NCBI GenBank assembly: GCA_001643675.2
Contig: LSRY02000035.1
Location: forward strand, 868,001 to 932,000
Length of the DNA: 64,000 bases
Direction: 5' to 3'
From: Monocercomonoides exilis PA203
Taxonomy: Eukaryota; Protista; Preaxostyla
In this document: piece after piece, positions 30,576 to 43,688 of the stretch
Position numbering within the stretch: position 1 is the stretch's first letter
Layout of the letters: each line of letters opens with the position of its first letter
Notes under the pieces: model-generated
The model's database searches: none
Told to the model about the DNA's origin: nothing
The model's input: the letters and a program-made list of their open reading frames with translations, nothing else
Program-made: the position numbers and the translations under genes

Positions 30576-30889
30576 ATGTGTCAAAAAGTTAGATGCACGA
30601 AATGGTTTATATGTTTAACTTATAACAAAATTCTTAATATCTTTTTAGTCGAAAATGGTTGATATTGTTTCGATTATTGCTTTTATAAGAAATGAATTAT
30701 TCTTTTCAAAGGACTTGGAAAGGATGCGGACAACACATTGAGCAATGCTTATCTGGTGTTCCCCAAAATGAAAGATGCACATGTACAGAACATTCACCTG
30801 AAATGCTCAGTCAAATGGAAAAAATGATAATTGGAGCCTTCACAGTTGTTATTGTTGCATTTGTTGGATATTCCTTCATGAAAAAGTAA
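30576..30889 (+). CDS. 71-aa Cys/His-rich small protein with C-terminal TM anchor; exons 30576-30604, 30649-30657, 30712-30889
   Basis: Two GT-AG introns give MCQKVRCTKCRKWTWKGCGQHIEQCLSGVPQNERCTCTEHSPEMLSQMEKMIIGAFTVVIVAFVGYSFMKK (216 nt, in frame), matching the MC-x4-CxxC-x3-TWxGCGxH...RCxC small-protein pattern. Confidence 0.8.
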
Positions 30890-32565
30890 CAGCTTGCTGT
30901 ATTATATTTACAAAATGTATTTTTGTGCATGTAATTTTAATTGTACAAATGTATTTTTCTTTTGGCGATTGATTTGCAAATTTTGTATCTTTTTTTTTTC
31001 TTTCTTGAATAATTATGTAGCATATGTATCAAATCATATTTGTATTTATTATCTTTTCATATTTTTTTTCAAAAATTTATGCAAATCTTTGTATTTTCAG
31101 AAGATTACAAATTTGAAAAAAAAGGAAATGCAACGAACAAAAAGGGAAAGTTAGCCATGGCAACAGGCTGAAAGCAAAAAAGATGATTGTGTTGATAAGT
31201 CAAAGGCAATAAATGAAACGTGCTCATATTTTACGATTATATCACATCGTTGGAGATTTCTCGTTTTTATTGAAGAAGTGGAACAATTTTACCTCAAGCA
31301 ACGATTTCGAACGAAAACAATCTCATTATTTGCATTGAACTCCTATGGAAAACATGCACTATTAACTACTTATATAAACGTTAATAAATTGGAGGAAATA
31401 ATATTCTTTGATGAAAATTGAGAAAGAAGAAGAAAAGAAATATGCATTTCAGAATCAATTCACAGAAAGAGCTACAACTGAAACGACACAAGCATGAACA
31501 AAAGAGAAGAAGAAGAAGAAGAAGAAAGCTACTGAAAGAATAGATTGCCTTTCATGAAATTTCTTCCACAAAAAATGAAGAAAAGTTAAAAAAATTCATT
31601 GCTCGAAAAATGACACGTTAATGGTTAATTTCACACTTTTACAGTCTGATAGTGCATTCAATATTTCCTTTTCCGTTTTACAGTCTCGATATCCGCTAAA
31701 TTCATTCTCTCAAGGAACATCCTTTTACGAAGAGACAGTTGCCTGATAGACAAATCTGAAAGCAGAATAAAAGCAGATGAATCTTTGGGAAAAAGAATCA
31801 TCAAGTGAAAATAGAAAAAGAACCTTTTTTTCTTTTTGAAAAGTTATTTCTTTCTTTTATTGAAAATTTGAATTTTGTTACTCGCACTCACCAATATGTC
31901 GTAGAAATTTGGAGTCGAATTGAAGAACTATTCCCGCAAGCCTTCGGAGCTCGGATCAATTTCATTCAATCATCTAACTTTCAATTACATTTCTCCAACA
32001 GGTTCCGATTTCTGTGAATTATGAAAATATTCAAAGCAAAATATTTGGAAACGCTATTTTATGCGCTGAGCAATGTGAAAGCTGTGATTTGAAAAACCGT
32101 CGAGTTCAGATTTTCAAGATGCCCATAAAAGCAAAGATCAGAGAATTTTTTCCATGTGGTTTGCATATTATTCAATGCTATTACATGGAGATTATCTGTT
32201 AAAAAATTCTTCAAGCAATGCTGACTACAAACACATCTTCATCTCTGACTATTCCTGAATTTATTGGCTTGATTTTTATAGAATTGAAAAATAATTAGAA
32301 AATGACTCTAATATGAATCATGAACCAACATCTTAATTCTTGATGCTCCCTGATTAGGAAGCACTCTCATTTTCAGAGAGAAAAATATCGATGATGGATT
32401 TGGCAGAAAAACACAAAAATAAAGCAATACCAAAACAAAAACAGAAAAGAGATGAAATAGGCTTCAACAAATCAAAAACGCATATCTTTTTATTGGGGAT
32501 AACAGCCATATTCTATTTTGTCATTGCTAACTATTTTGCACAGCTCCATTCGTTCCTCAACGACT

Positions 32566-35500
32566 TCACACGCTGCCAATGTTGACATCTGATTCACTGC
32601 TTCTATTTCTGCTTTTGCTGATATTTCTATTGACAACTTTGCTGCCTTTTTTGTCACAGCTCTCAGCATTGCAGGTGAAAAGAGCATCAGACATGGTGAG
32701 TACAACTGCACTTGCAGGGAAGTGCTGGATGAACTCTCTTTTCAGATCTCCCAAGCATGGCCTGCTCGCAGATGGCTGCACGAGACACATCTTGACTATT
32801 TCTCCAAAAGACGATTCCTCTGTCTTTTTTGTGTCTGGCCTTTCGCCATTCACAATCTTCTGTCCTGCCACTTCTGCCTCATGCTCCCCAAATGGTATAT
32901 CAAGTGTCAAACACTCCAAAAGCATCATCCCAATTGAAAATGCCACAGATTTCTCAGTTGCTCCCATGTTCCTGTTCATCTGCAACTCTGGTGCCTTCCA
33001 CCTCAAACATTCTATTTTGTAATAATCATCATCCTCAAAAGCCGAAGAAGGCAGAGAGTCACTATCATCATCATCATCATCACTTGCAGATGTTACAACA
33101 GTTGATGAAGAGATCAACGATGAATCTGAACTATCATCTGATAAAATGTCTGAATGCATTACAATGCAGATGACCATGTGCTCGGAGAATAGCACAATAT
33201 GGGGACTCAAGTTTGACAAGGAGGGAAGTTCATCTTCCTCATCTTCAATCGAGTGGAGTGCGAGATTAGCAACCCAGAACAGGATTTGAGCAGCAGTTAT
33301 TTCTCTCTCCTTTAATAAACCAATTTCCATCTCCTTCTTCTCATTTCTTCCATGAAGCAGCATGAACAGTGAATCTCTCAGATCCACAATCAGCTTCTCA
33401 TGAGGAGATGAACAGGCCATCGCATCCACCAGATTCGACATTGATGAAGTTGTTGGGCACAGACTCTCCGATCGAACAAATGTTGAATCCGAGTCAGTTG
33501 TTGAAGTGGATGAAATGGATGGTGATGGTGTTCTCTTTCTTATCTCTTCTTCTTCATCTTTCTCCAATGCCCATTCAGGGACCTTGTCTGAATCCTTTCC
33601 AAGAATATATTCAGTGGATCCACTCTCAGATAGAAGATGCTCTGATGATTCTGAATGTTGCATATTCGTGTCATATACCCTCTTCTTTATCCTCTCTTCA
33701 TTTTTCTTCTCTGCTTCCCTCTCAGCTCTCCTCCACTGCTCCTCTGGCGACATCTCCATCGTCACCATTTCAAATGCCTTTGGATCTTTTCTAATGTTGT
33801 CATTCACAATCTCTCTCAAATCTTCTGCTTCGTTCTTCACTTTCCTCCACCGAACAACAAATATAATAGATACAATAAGAACAATTAGTAATATGATACC
33901 CATGATAATCACAATTAACAACCAATACGATTTCCCTTCTTTTCCCCCTTCAACAATCCTTTCATTTCCACTTGACTGACTTTCACTCCTGTTCTTCAGA
34001 ATAAATGATTGTGTTGATGAGGAGGCTTCCTTGTTTCCAAACAGTATCGACACTGAAACTTCTGTTTCAGGGGGTGCATCTGCAACAACAGACAAGGGCA
34101 CTTTGCCATCCACCTCGCTCTCATCCACAAATTCAGAATCTTCAAACACATAATGGTCGATAACTTCCACATTGTTTGTCAGCGATATCACGCGGAATGA
34201 CAGGTTGCATGGAAGCAAAAGCGTTCCCTTGAAAATGAGCCTCAGGCTGTTTCCAGCATTTACCACTTCAACATTTCGAAGTGTTGGGATGAAGAACGGA
34301 GAAGCTCGCTCTTTCGCAATTCCTTCCAGTTCGCACCCTTCATTCAGAATCCACAGCGATGCGTTATCTTTTATTCCATCTCCGCCCTTCACACTCACAA
34401 CATTCAATTGCGCAGAATCCGAGCACTTCACATTTCTTCGAACAGATGGATATCCCTCAATCGATGGGTTGTTGTTATCGAATTTTCCATCTTCAATCTT
34501 TAAACTGCCTCCCCTCATGCTCAATCCTCCTCTTTTTCTATTTCGAATTGTTGTTTCCTTCATCTCCACATGGCTCTTCTCCATTTCAATCATTGATCCA
34601 TTCCAGTCACATATTTCGCATGTTATATCAAAAAGAGTTCGATCTGAAAAATTTGTTTCGCCTTGAAATTGGCAGGATTCGATCGAAACATTTTTGCAGC
34701 CATTCATTGAAATGCAACCTCCTTTTCCAATGATGTTGTCACAGCTCAAAAACGAGCAATTATGAAGTACAAGTAATTTATACAAGGAAGATTTGAAATC
34801 GACACTTAGAACTGAGCTTTTTTCTGAAAAGCAGGTAATATTGCAAAATGACGTTAGTACTAGAATGAAAGAGTTTGAAATATCGTTCAATGTGTCTCTT
34901 TGTGGTGATTGCACTGTTTCAAAACAGGAACAATCAATCAATGAATTTTCTATCAATAACTCTTGAATCGAAATATTTGGCAAGTTGCCAGTAAGTTTCA
35001 CAATCGATTCATTTGATGAAATGCCATAAACATGAAGGCCTTCAATGGAAAGTGAAACTTCGTTTTCAAAAAGGAGCATGATTGACTGCATTGTCATTGA
35101 CGCTATTGTAGAATTTCTAATTTGTATTGTACCACATTTTGAATGAAAAAGAGAAAAATTCAACAACAACATGGAAAAACCATCTTCTGATTCGATGAAA
35201 AAAGAAATTTCTTCAAGTTTCAAGAATCCTCTCTCTTGACATAAAAACGATGAATGGTTCGAAGAAATATTTGAATGAAAAACCAGTGAACAACGCTCAA
35301 CTTGAACTTTGCCTGTTAATGTCAGAATTGAATCTCTAGTTTTCGAGATGGATCCAACAACGTGTATTTCTGAATTCTCAGAGCTATCAATTGACTTGAT
35401 ACAAACATCACTTGCATCACTTTCAATGCAAAGACTAGTTTTTTCCGAAATCAGTAAGTGAGAAAACTGCGATGGAATAATATGACGCAATCCAACATCC

Positions 35501-38500
35501 AAAGAACTGCATGGAGCGGATATCTCTCCGCACTGATTTGAGTTGGAATTGTTGTCCAGTGATAGTGAGACAAATATGATTTCATTTCGATAAACAAGAA
35601 ATTGTGGAAATAGTATTCTTTCATCCGAAAAATCAAATTCAGCGCATCCCCAAAATGCATTTTCCATGTTATAAATCTTTTCGAAGTCTATCAGAAACTG
35701 AGATTCGCTGATCTGTGTTGTAATATCGGAACATTAAACAAAAATATGTTTTCCGCGAAAAGCTTTGTTTGAAGAAAATGTGATGTTGGAAAGTTCAATG
35801 TTTGCCAGTTGCGGCTGTGACGATCTGCATTCAATGAAAATTGCGCCACCTCTTCCTGATATTGCAGCATAGCAATGACTGAATTCGGAGTTTTTACTAA
35901 CGATATTTCCATTTTCTCTGAGAGAAAGCGAAAAGGCCCCTCCTTTAACTGAATTGACTGCTCTGCAATTTGAAAAGGTTGAATTGTGAATAAAAATATT
36001 GGAATCTTTTGTTGCTTCAAGGGAAAACAAAATTGCAGATTGATCATTAGTCGATTGATTAATTCCTTCAAATGTGCAACATTCAATCAGAACATTACTC
36101 GGAATGTTTTCTGCGTTTCTCATTTTTTGTTGAAAGCTTATTAGTGAGATGCAACTTTTTTCACTTGATATATTTTGAAAAGTGCAGTTGCGAAGTTCCA
36201 TTTATGTTTCTTCATATATCTGAAAAATCTCTTGTTCTGAAAATACATTACTGACCGTTAATAACTTCAGTCTTAAAGTTCCTCCTTCAACAGATATTAA
36301 GCAATATGACAGTGGAGTCAAATCTTCAATTTTCATGAAAAAAACACAATTAATCAAACTTATGCAACTGCTTTGAGTCTTTGACTGTATGGCATTATCA
36401 ATGGTATTTGAAGGAAATGGAACCAATTCAAAACAAATGTTTTCAAAATTGCTGTTTTGCGTTGAAACAAATATTGAATTCATTTCACCTTCGATCAATC
36501 CATCAAATTGAATGACAGAAGGTTTTTCAATTGATGACCGAATTGTTGCTCCACTGATGATAATTTTCTTTTTGATTGTGAGATTTCCACTGATACATAT
36601 ATCTCTTTTATTTTCACCTTCGACTTGTTTTAAGGAATATTCCAAGGTTTTGCAAGGATATTCCTGAAGACCGCAAACTATCGTATCTGCCCCTTTGTTT
36701 GATATATGCAAAATTTTTCCAGTTGTCCTCCAAAAATACACCAAAGGAATAGAATTATATTTGTCTTCTGCATCGAATCCTTCCATCGAATCCACAGAAA
36801 TTAGCGAAATATTCTCTCTTACAAACGGAAGAGAAGTATTTGTTATAGTTTTTACTAAATTCACTGAATCAACAAATATATCTCTTCCGTTTGAGTCTTT
36901 ATTCGGGGATGCTTGAGTAAATATCGGTTGAGAAATAACAAAGCAAGTATCTTCAGAATAGAGCTTCAGAAACATTCCTCCTCCAAAACCCTTGGAAGGA
37001 GGATCATTTGGAGCTTGGCACGATTCAAAAGTTGAATCAGTTATTCTTGCATAGGCTTGATCATTCATTTCAAAAAAGAGCGCACCGCCTCCACTTTCAT
37101 TTTCACATACAGAGCAATTATTGAAAATACAATTTTCAACAATTGTAATTGTGTTTGTGTTGCAGTTTCTTTTTTTGCTTATACACACTCCAGACCCAAC
37201 TGAACGAGAAATATTGGAAAATGAAGATTCAGTGATGTTAATCAATGCACCTTCACAAAAATCAATAATGCATCCTTCATTAACGATGTGATCGGAGAAA
37301 TTACTATTGTGAATTTCAATTGAGCCTATTTGAAGAGAACTGTTCAAAGTCAGAAGTGACCATTTCTCCTGCATAATATTCTTAATCGAGAAGTCAGTAA
37401 TTTTTAGTTCTCCTCCAACAACGGATGCAAACGAATAGGCTATTGAACCATCAGTTGAATAAGCATGGCAATGGCTTAAATGAGATTATTGCTTTTGCAT
37501 ATAATAAAGCATTCCAAGATTCCAAGTGTATTGGGTATAGAAAACAAAACTTCACTGATTGTTGCAGATACCGATGTTTTTATCATTCCCTCAGAAATAT
37601 TGCAATCTTTACAAGAAACAAGGCAATTTTGATGTGATTCGCATGTTACGATGCTCCATTCCAATGAATCAAGAATTAATTCTTCGTTTAAAACAAATCC
37701 CGGCATTATGGATATGTTGCGTTTTGTTTCATCAAATCGAAATAGAGCTGCCTTTGAAATTGATGAGCATGGATATTCAAAATATCCGCATCCGCTAAAG
37801 TCAGACCCTCTTCCACTGACATATGCAGGAGGTGTGAAGTTATACCAAAGATAAACTACTAATGGTATTTGCATTGTTTCATTTGTTGTTGATGTTTCAT
37901 ATCCGTTCAAACTTTCAAAATCTGAAAGTGAGCAACTAAATGCAAATGTGGAAGTGTTAATTATTGATTTAAAGTATTCGGCAACAATAAACATGTTGTT
38001 CCCTTTTTCCGCTGAACAAGACGAGAATTTGATGTGATTCAAGAATAAATTGCATTCATTTGAATCAACAACAAAATAGAATCCTCCTCCAAGCCCTCCA
38101 TCGTTATCTTCTTTCGTCGAAGAACATCTTTGCAAAAATAAAGAATTATCATTTGTATTTATATGTTCAATTTGACTTTTGTTGCCAATTATTATTGATG
38201 AATCAGCAGCCATCTTTGCACTCAAGCAACCTCCGTTGCCTCCGTGGCACACACAATTCGAAATAACTCCTCCATCAATTTCCAATGAGCACCCATTTTC
38301 TGCAACGCAACTAATTGCTCCACCATTTTTTCCATAGATGTCATAGCCTGTTATTGAATTGTTAGTCAATTTTGCATGCTCAACATTCAATATTGATATG
38401 CATCGAGATTCACATTCGTTTGAAGATATCAGAACGGATTCACAAAGTGAAAATTCAGAACTTTTAGAACTGCTTATCAGACAGCACACATTACCAGAAG

Positions 38501-41500
38501 ATGCAACAGTGAGAGACATTGATGATAAATAACCCTTTGTTGATGGACCGTCCAAAGAAATCAAAGATTTTCCTTTAAGCTTTATTGGCGCAATTGTTTT
38601 GATATAAGACGCTTTGAAACTTCCACCAGAGATATGGAAGACAGTGAAAGAGAGTGACTGTTCTTGGTGTTTCATCAAAAGGTTGATAGTTTCAAGAATA
38701 AGAGATTTTGAGGATTCAATGAACGAAGAGCACGAACCTATTGATGGAGAAAGTGATACAGTGATATTATTCAACGAAGTTTCACTCTTTGCGTTTATAA
38801 GCGAGGATGATGAACTTAAGTTTTCGCTGTCTGAAACATTAAAGCCACTTGTATCTCTTTTCCCTTTGATCACATGTTTGAATTCATCAAATTCAAAAGT
38901 GCATAATAATTGAATCATTCCATCAACAACAATATGCTTTTCAGTTTCTTGGCGAGTCAGTGAATACTCCAGCGTTCTGCACATAAAGAATGAGAATCCG
39001 CACATTTTTTGATCAAAAGAATTTTCTTCACTTACAAAAACTTCTGAAGACATTTCAATCAAATAGATGCATAATGGAATGGGTATTTCTTCATTGTTGT
39101 CAAAACCTCTGATTTTGTCAACGTTCTCAATTGATTCACTCAGAGCACTGATTTGATGCTTCAGAACAGTTGCATTCAAGTCAGGAGAAACCACAAAGAT
39201 ATCTAAGCCCCATTTTGCCATGTTTTCAGAGAAATCAATATTATCGATAAGAAATGTGTACTCAGCATCATTTAATTTTAAGTATATGCCTCCACCGCAG
39301 CCGACTGAATCTGAGCAAAAGCAGTTATGAACACTCCCTCCATTCATTGTGATTGATCTCCCATTTCCAACATTTAGCATCATTCCACCTCCTTTTAACG
39401 ATTCTATACACCCACAGCATGTTAATTCGCAGTTTATCATTTCAACAGAAAGATAAAGTGAGTTTGAATCAAACAAAGTTGCGCCAGATTCAAGTCTTTC
39501 TATTTCGTTGAAATTTGTATTTCTGAAGCTTAAAGAAACAGTATTTTTTCCCTCCACTTCAAAAAGTGGCTTCAATCCAATTGTGTTTCTCCAATTAGCA
39601 TCGAGCATCTCAAATGCTCCACCACAAATATGAATTGGAGATTTTTGAAGATATAATTCATTTGCGTGTTGATTACCTATCGAAACGTTGATATTTGCGA
39701 GATATTGTCTACCACTCCCAGATATTTCGAAGAGCCTTCATTGCGCATTCATAAATTGTGATGTATCGAACAATATCCCTATTTCACTGAGACTTAATTC
39801 TCCATTACCAACTTTAAATAAACAAGTTCCGGGAATGTCAAATGATACTTTAATTATCGGATTAGACTTATTCTTACCAATTATGTCAACAATAGAATCA
39901 TCAATATTTATGCATTGTCTTTCAATGATATTTCCAGGCAATATTTCAATTTCTTTAACATATCCTGGAATCAATTGTGTAAGGGCATGACTCACTGAAG
40001 CACAAGGTTTTGTCTCGTTCACTCCGCAAGTGAATGTATCAGATGCGTTTGAATTACGCAGAGCGGATTCAACGTATCTAATTCTTCCTCCATTATTTTG
40101 TAGCCAATCGCTTTTATCTTCATTATTATAATATCGAATTCCGTCAATATTTGTAGAGTAACTGTAACTGACTTGAGAAGCTCCAAATGATCCAATATCA
40201 CTTATATCATCTCCATGTGCTGCTTTGTTGTTGTGAAAAAAGCAAAACACGATAATTGAGCCTGAATATTCAGTTAAACTTTGCAAAGCAACACCTCCAC
40301 CTCTATAAGAGCAGAAACATTTTTGAAAAAGACAATTTGAAATGACAATTCTATCTATTTGACTCCAATGCAGGAAACCTCCTCCGTCTGAATTAGATTT
40401 ATCATTTTCTCCTGTACAATTGAAAAATGAACAGCCCAGGATGCATTCTTTTGTTTTTGTTGCGTTGCTTTTCCATATACCCATTCCTCCTCCATTGTGA
40501 GTTGAGTATCCATTTTGAAATTGACAGTTAATTGTTAATGATTGTGTTTTAATACCAATGATTGAAAGTCCGCCTCCGCCACCTCCATCAGAAGTTGAAG
40601 CAAAGCAGGAACAGTTATTGAAGATGCAATGCTTAATTGTGCATTCTGAAATATTTTTTGCAAATATTCCACCTCCAAGTGTCAAAGTTGCATTGCATTT
40701 AGTGAATGATGAATTGAATACTTCGAGAGTTGTTATTGAATTATCATGAACATATAGTGCTCCACCACAAGGTGCGCTGCAATCAATCCATTCTTCATTA
40801 AGAAATGTGAGTGATTCTGTTGAATCATTGTGCACTTCTTTGTTGGGATTGTTTATTCTTTCACTTTCAGAAAACGTTGTGTTTGAGCATGTGAAAGCTC
40901 TTGACTTTTCTGTTCCAGAAATGATGCCTCCTTCAAGTGAATTGATGCATGCATCGCACACGCTATTGGATAATGAGCTTTGAAAAATGTTGTCACGTTT
41001 TTCATGATCACAATCATTTGGATTTGAAATTTTCGTCATATTAAAGAAATAACATTCATTAATTTGCTCATATTGACCTCGACCACATCTTAGAAAATCG
41101 CACCACGAATGCAAAACGCAATTTTCAAAAATAGAGTTATGCAATTCAACATTGTCTTCAATTGAACACATTTTTAACAAACTTCTCAATTCTTGTGTTT
41201 TGCCACGATCAACAACTGTAAAGTTGTAAAGAATGATACAACTTTCAGACGAAATAAAAACACTTGAAATTGAAGAACTATACTGGCAGAATGTGTTTGA
41301 GCAAGATAGGTTTGAATTATTTGCCAATGAAAAGGTAAAGTTAAGTTTATGCTCCATAATGACATTATCAAATTGCAAAGAACAATTTTTCATCAAAATT
41401 GTTGTTTGGACATATGTTTGTCGGATGTAATTAGGTTCAAAGTTATCAATGGTGTTTTTATTTGCACATGCAATCTTGTTTATGAAATTCTGGTAAGTTT

Positions 41501-41660
41501 TCGAATTAGTCGATTCATTATCATTTAAAGATTTTGGAAAAAGTTGTGTATTGTGTATCCTGAAAATTGAATTATAATAATTTTCAGAGACTGATTTGTT
41601 TAATAATAGAAATATTAGAATAGGCGATCTATAAATTAATAGAACAATGAGACTTTGCAT
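32566..41660 (-). pseudogene. Giant (~3030 codon) receptor-like protein: signal peptide, beta-helix/Cys repeats, one TM, C-terminal degenerate TKL-like kinase; disrupted by TGA 39738-39740, a frameshift near 37480, TAA 36202-36204 and TAA 35734-35736
   Basis: Five consecutive ORFs (640, 710, 390, 155, 1033 aa) join by read-through or one frameshift; repeated CG-x4-PCx(T/S) and GGG-hydrophobic motifs; TM YWLLIVIIMGIILLIVLIVSIIFVV-RWRK; RWKAPE, SVAFSIGMMLLECLTLDIPF, ERP; no HRD or DFG. Confidence 0.8.
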
Positions 41661-41983
41661 GTATAAATAAAATGAGTATTTAAAAAACCAATTTGATCAA
41701 AATTTTTTGAATAATATGTGATAAAAAACAAATTATGCAAATTGCACATTTCTAAGCTTTTCAATTTCTTTATGTGACGCTAACACATTTATATTTTACA
41801 AAATGAAATCAAACAAAAATTTCTGAAAAATGAAGATAACTGTAACATTTTGAAAATTTTGTTAATTCAGTTGTTTGGCATCTTCAAAATAAGTTTTTTT
41901 GAAAGCCTTCACCAAATTATTGTATTTATAATTCATATCTCGTTTTCTTTTTAACACGGTGTTGAATTCAAACTTTTTTTTGA

Positions 41984-42047
41984 AATAATAATAATAATAA
42001 TAATAATAATATTTTTTTTTTTTCAAGTTGTTGTTGTTGTTGTTGTT
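41984..42047. repeat. Compound microsatellite (AAT)9, poly-T, (GTT)7
   Basis: Read directly from the sequence. Confidence 0.9.
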
Positions 42048-43688
42048 TCAACGCATTCAAAATTGAAAAAATAAATAAATAAAAGGGATGTTAAACTGGA
42101 AATCGCTCAATTTCATATATTTTTTTAACTGTTCGTTTCGAATATTTTTAATGATTACTATTAAAATCTTTTGCATGATTTAATTTTTTCGAAGTGAAAA
42201 TTCTTTATAAAATGTTTTTCAACTAATTGAATATACACGTTATTTCTTTATTTTCATATAAAACGAATAGGAAATTGGTGATTAGAAAAAAATTGAAAAA
42301 TAAAAATCCATTAAAAATTTCAATTTATGGTTATGGTTTTTATCAATAGCAAGTGAAATATTTATCTTCACTTCTGTTTGACTTCTTTATATTATCAAAA
42401 ATCTATTTTCTTTTAAAATGAATTCTTATTGAATGAGAAATCTTTTCTTGATAATAATAATTATTTCATCTTTTTCTATTTCACATTATTCTCCATTATT
42501 TCTTTATAAACGTCCGAATCACCGACACAACTCTCAGTTCTTTTTTCCTCTGGTGCATGTTTTCAAAAGTTCAAAAAACTGATCCTTTTCATGTTCGGAA
42601 TGCTATGTTTTTTTTTTAATATTTGATTTGATCAAACCCAAAATGTGATTATTTCATTCGATTTAGTAAAAAAAAACGGAAAACATAATCGGCATTATCA
42701 GGCATTTTTAAAATAACGTAAAGAATGTTCAAACTCACTTATGTTCGTGTCATAACAGAAAAAAAATAAGTTTTAAGGACTTCGATATTTTCCATAAATG
42801 CCAAATTATTATGTTAAGAAAAGTGATGATTCCAAAAAGAAAAAATGAAGTTAATTCTTTGTCTTTTTCATTGGTTAAAGAAACTGCTTTTAAATATTAT
42901 TATCTGAAATTATTATTCTCACACAAATGACAAAAAACTTTTATTGAATCCAACGTCTTGAAACTGGAGATGATTTCACAGTAAAAACCTGAAATAATAT
43001 GAGTAATTCTGTTTGAAAAGTCGCAAATGTTTAATTTGCAAATTAATCAAAAATTACATATTTTGCTCAAATTTTCGTTTCCACTTTCGAATCTTCTTTA
43101 GAATGTGTGAAATAGCATTGTTAAGTAATCAGTTCCATATTAATGATGTTTGGTGTATGAAAACAAAATTTTGAGTAATATATAAAAAATTTCATTTATT
43201 TGAAAATTAAACATTAACGACTTTTCAAAAAGAATTACAAATATGGCTTTTCAAAAACAAGAACATATTTTTCAAATGCATATTCCATATTTTCTGTCTG
43301 AGTAAAACACCAAAAATTGTTCAAAGTCGAAAAACTTTCAAACAAAGTCGAAAGTTCGAAAAACTTCAAATTTTCAAAAAGTTGGCAATTATCAATAAAA
43401 GTCAAAATAACATTTTTATTGAAGAAATATGAATGGTATTTGTCATTTTAATGATTTTTCATCTCTTTTCCGAAATATTTTTGTGCTTCCTTTTGTCCAA
43501 TTGCAAAATCAAAATATGAGAGGAATTTAAACACATTTTATCTCATTTCTATTGTTTGTTCATGGCTTTTCAGAAGATTTGCTAAAGAAATATTTTGTTT
43601 CTAATAAACCAACTTTTTTAGAAAATGATGAAAACAGTTTAACGTCTCTTGTTTCGTGTTTTATAAAATAAAATACTCATTTGGTGTG

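Noticed and set aside
31150-32560. Degenerate coding-like sequence on the + strand
   Set aside because: Multiple stops and no assignable family
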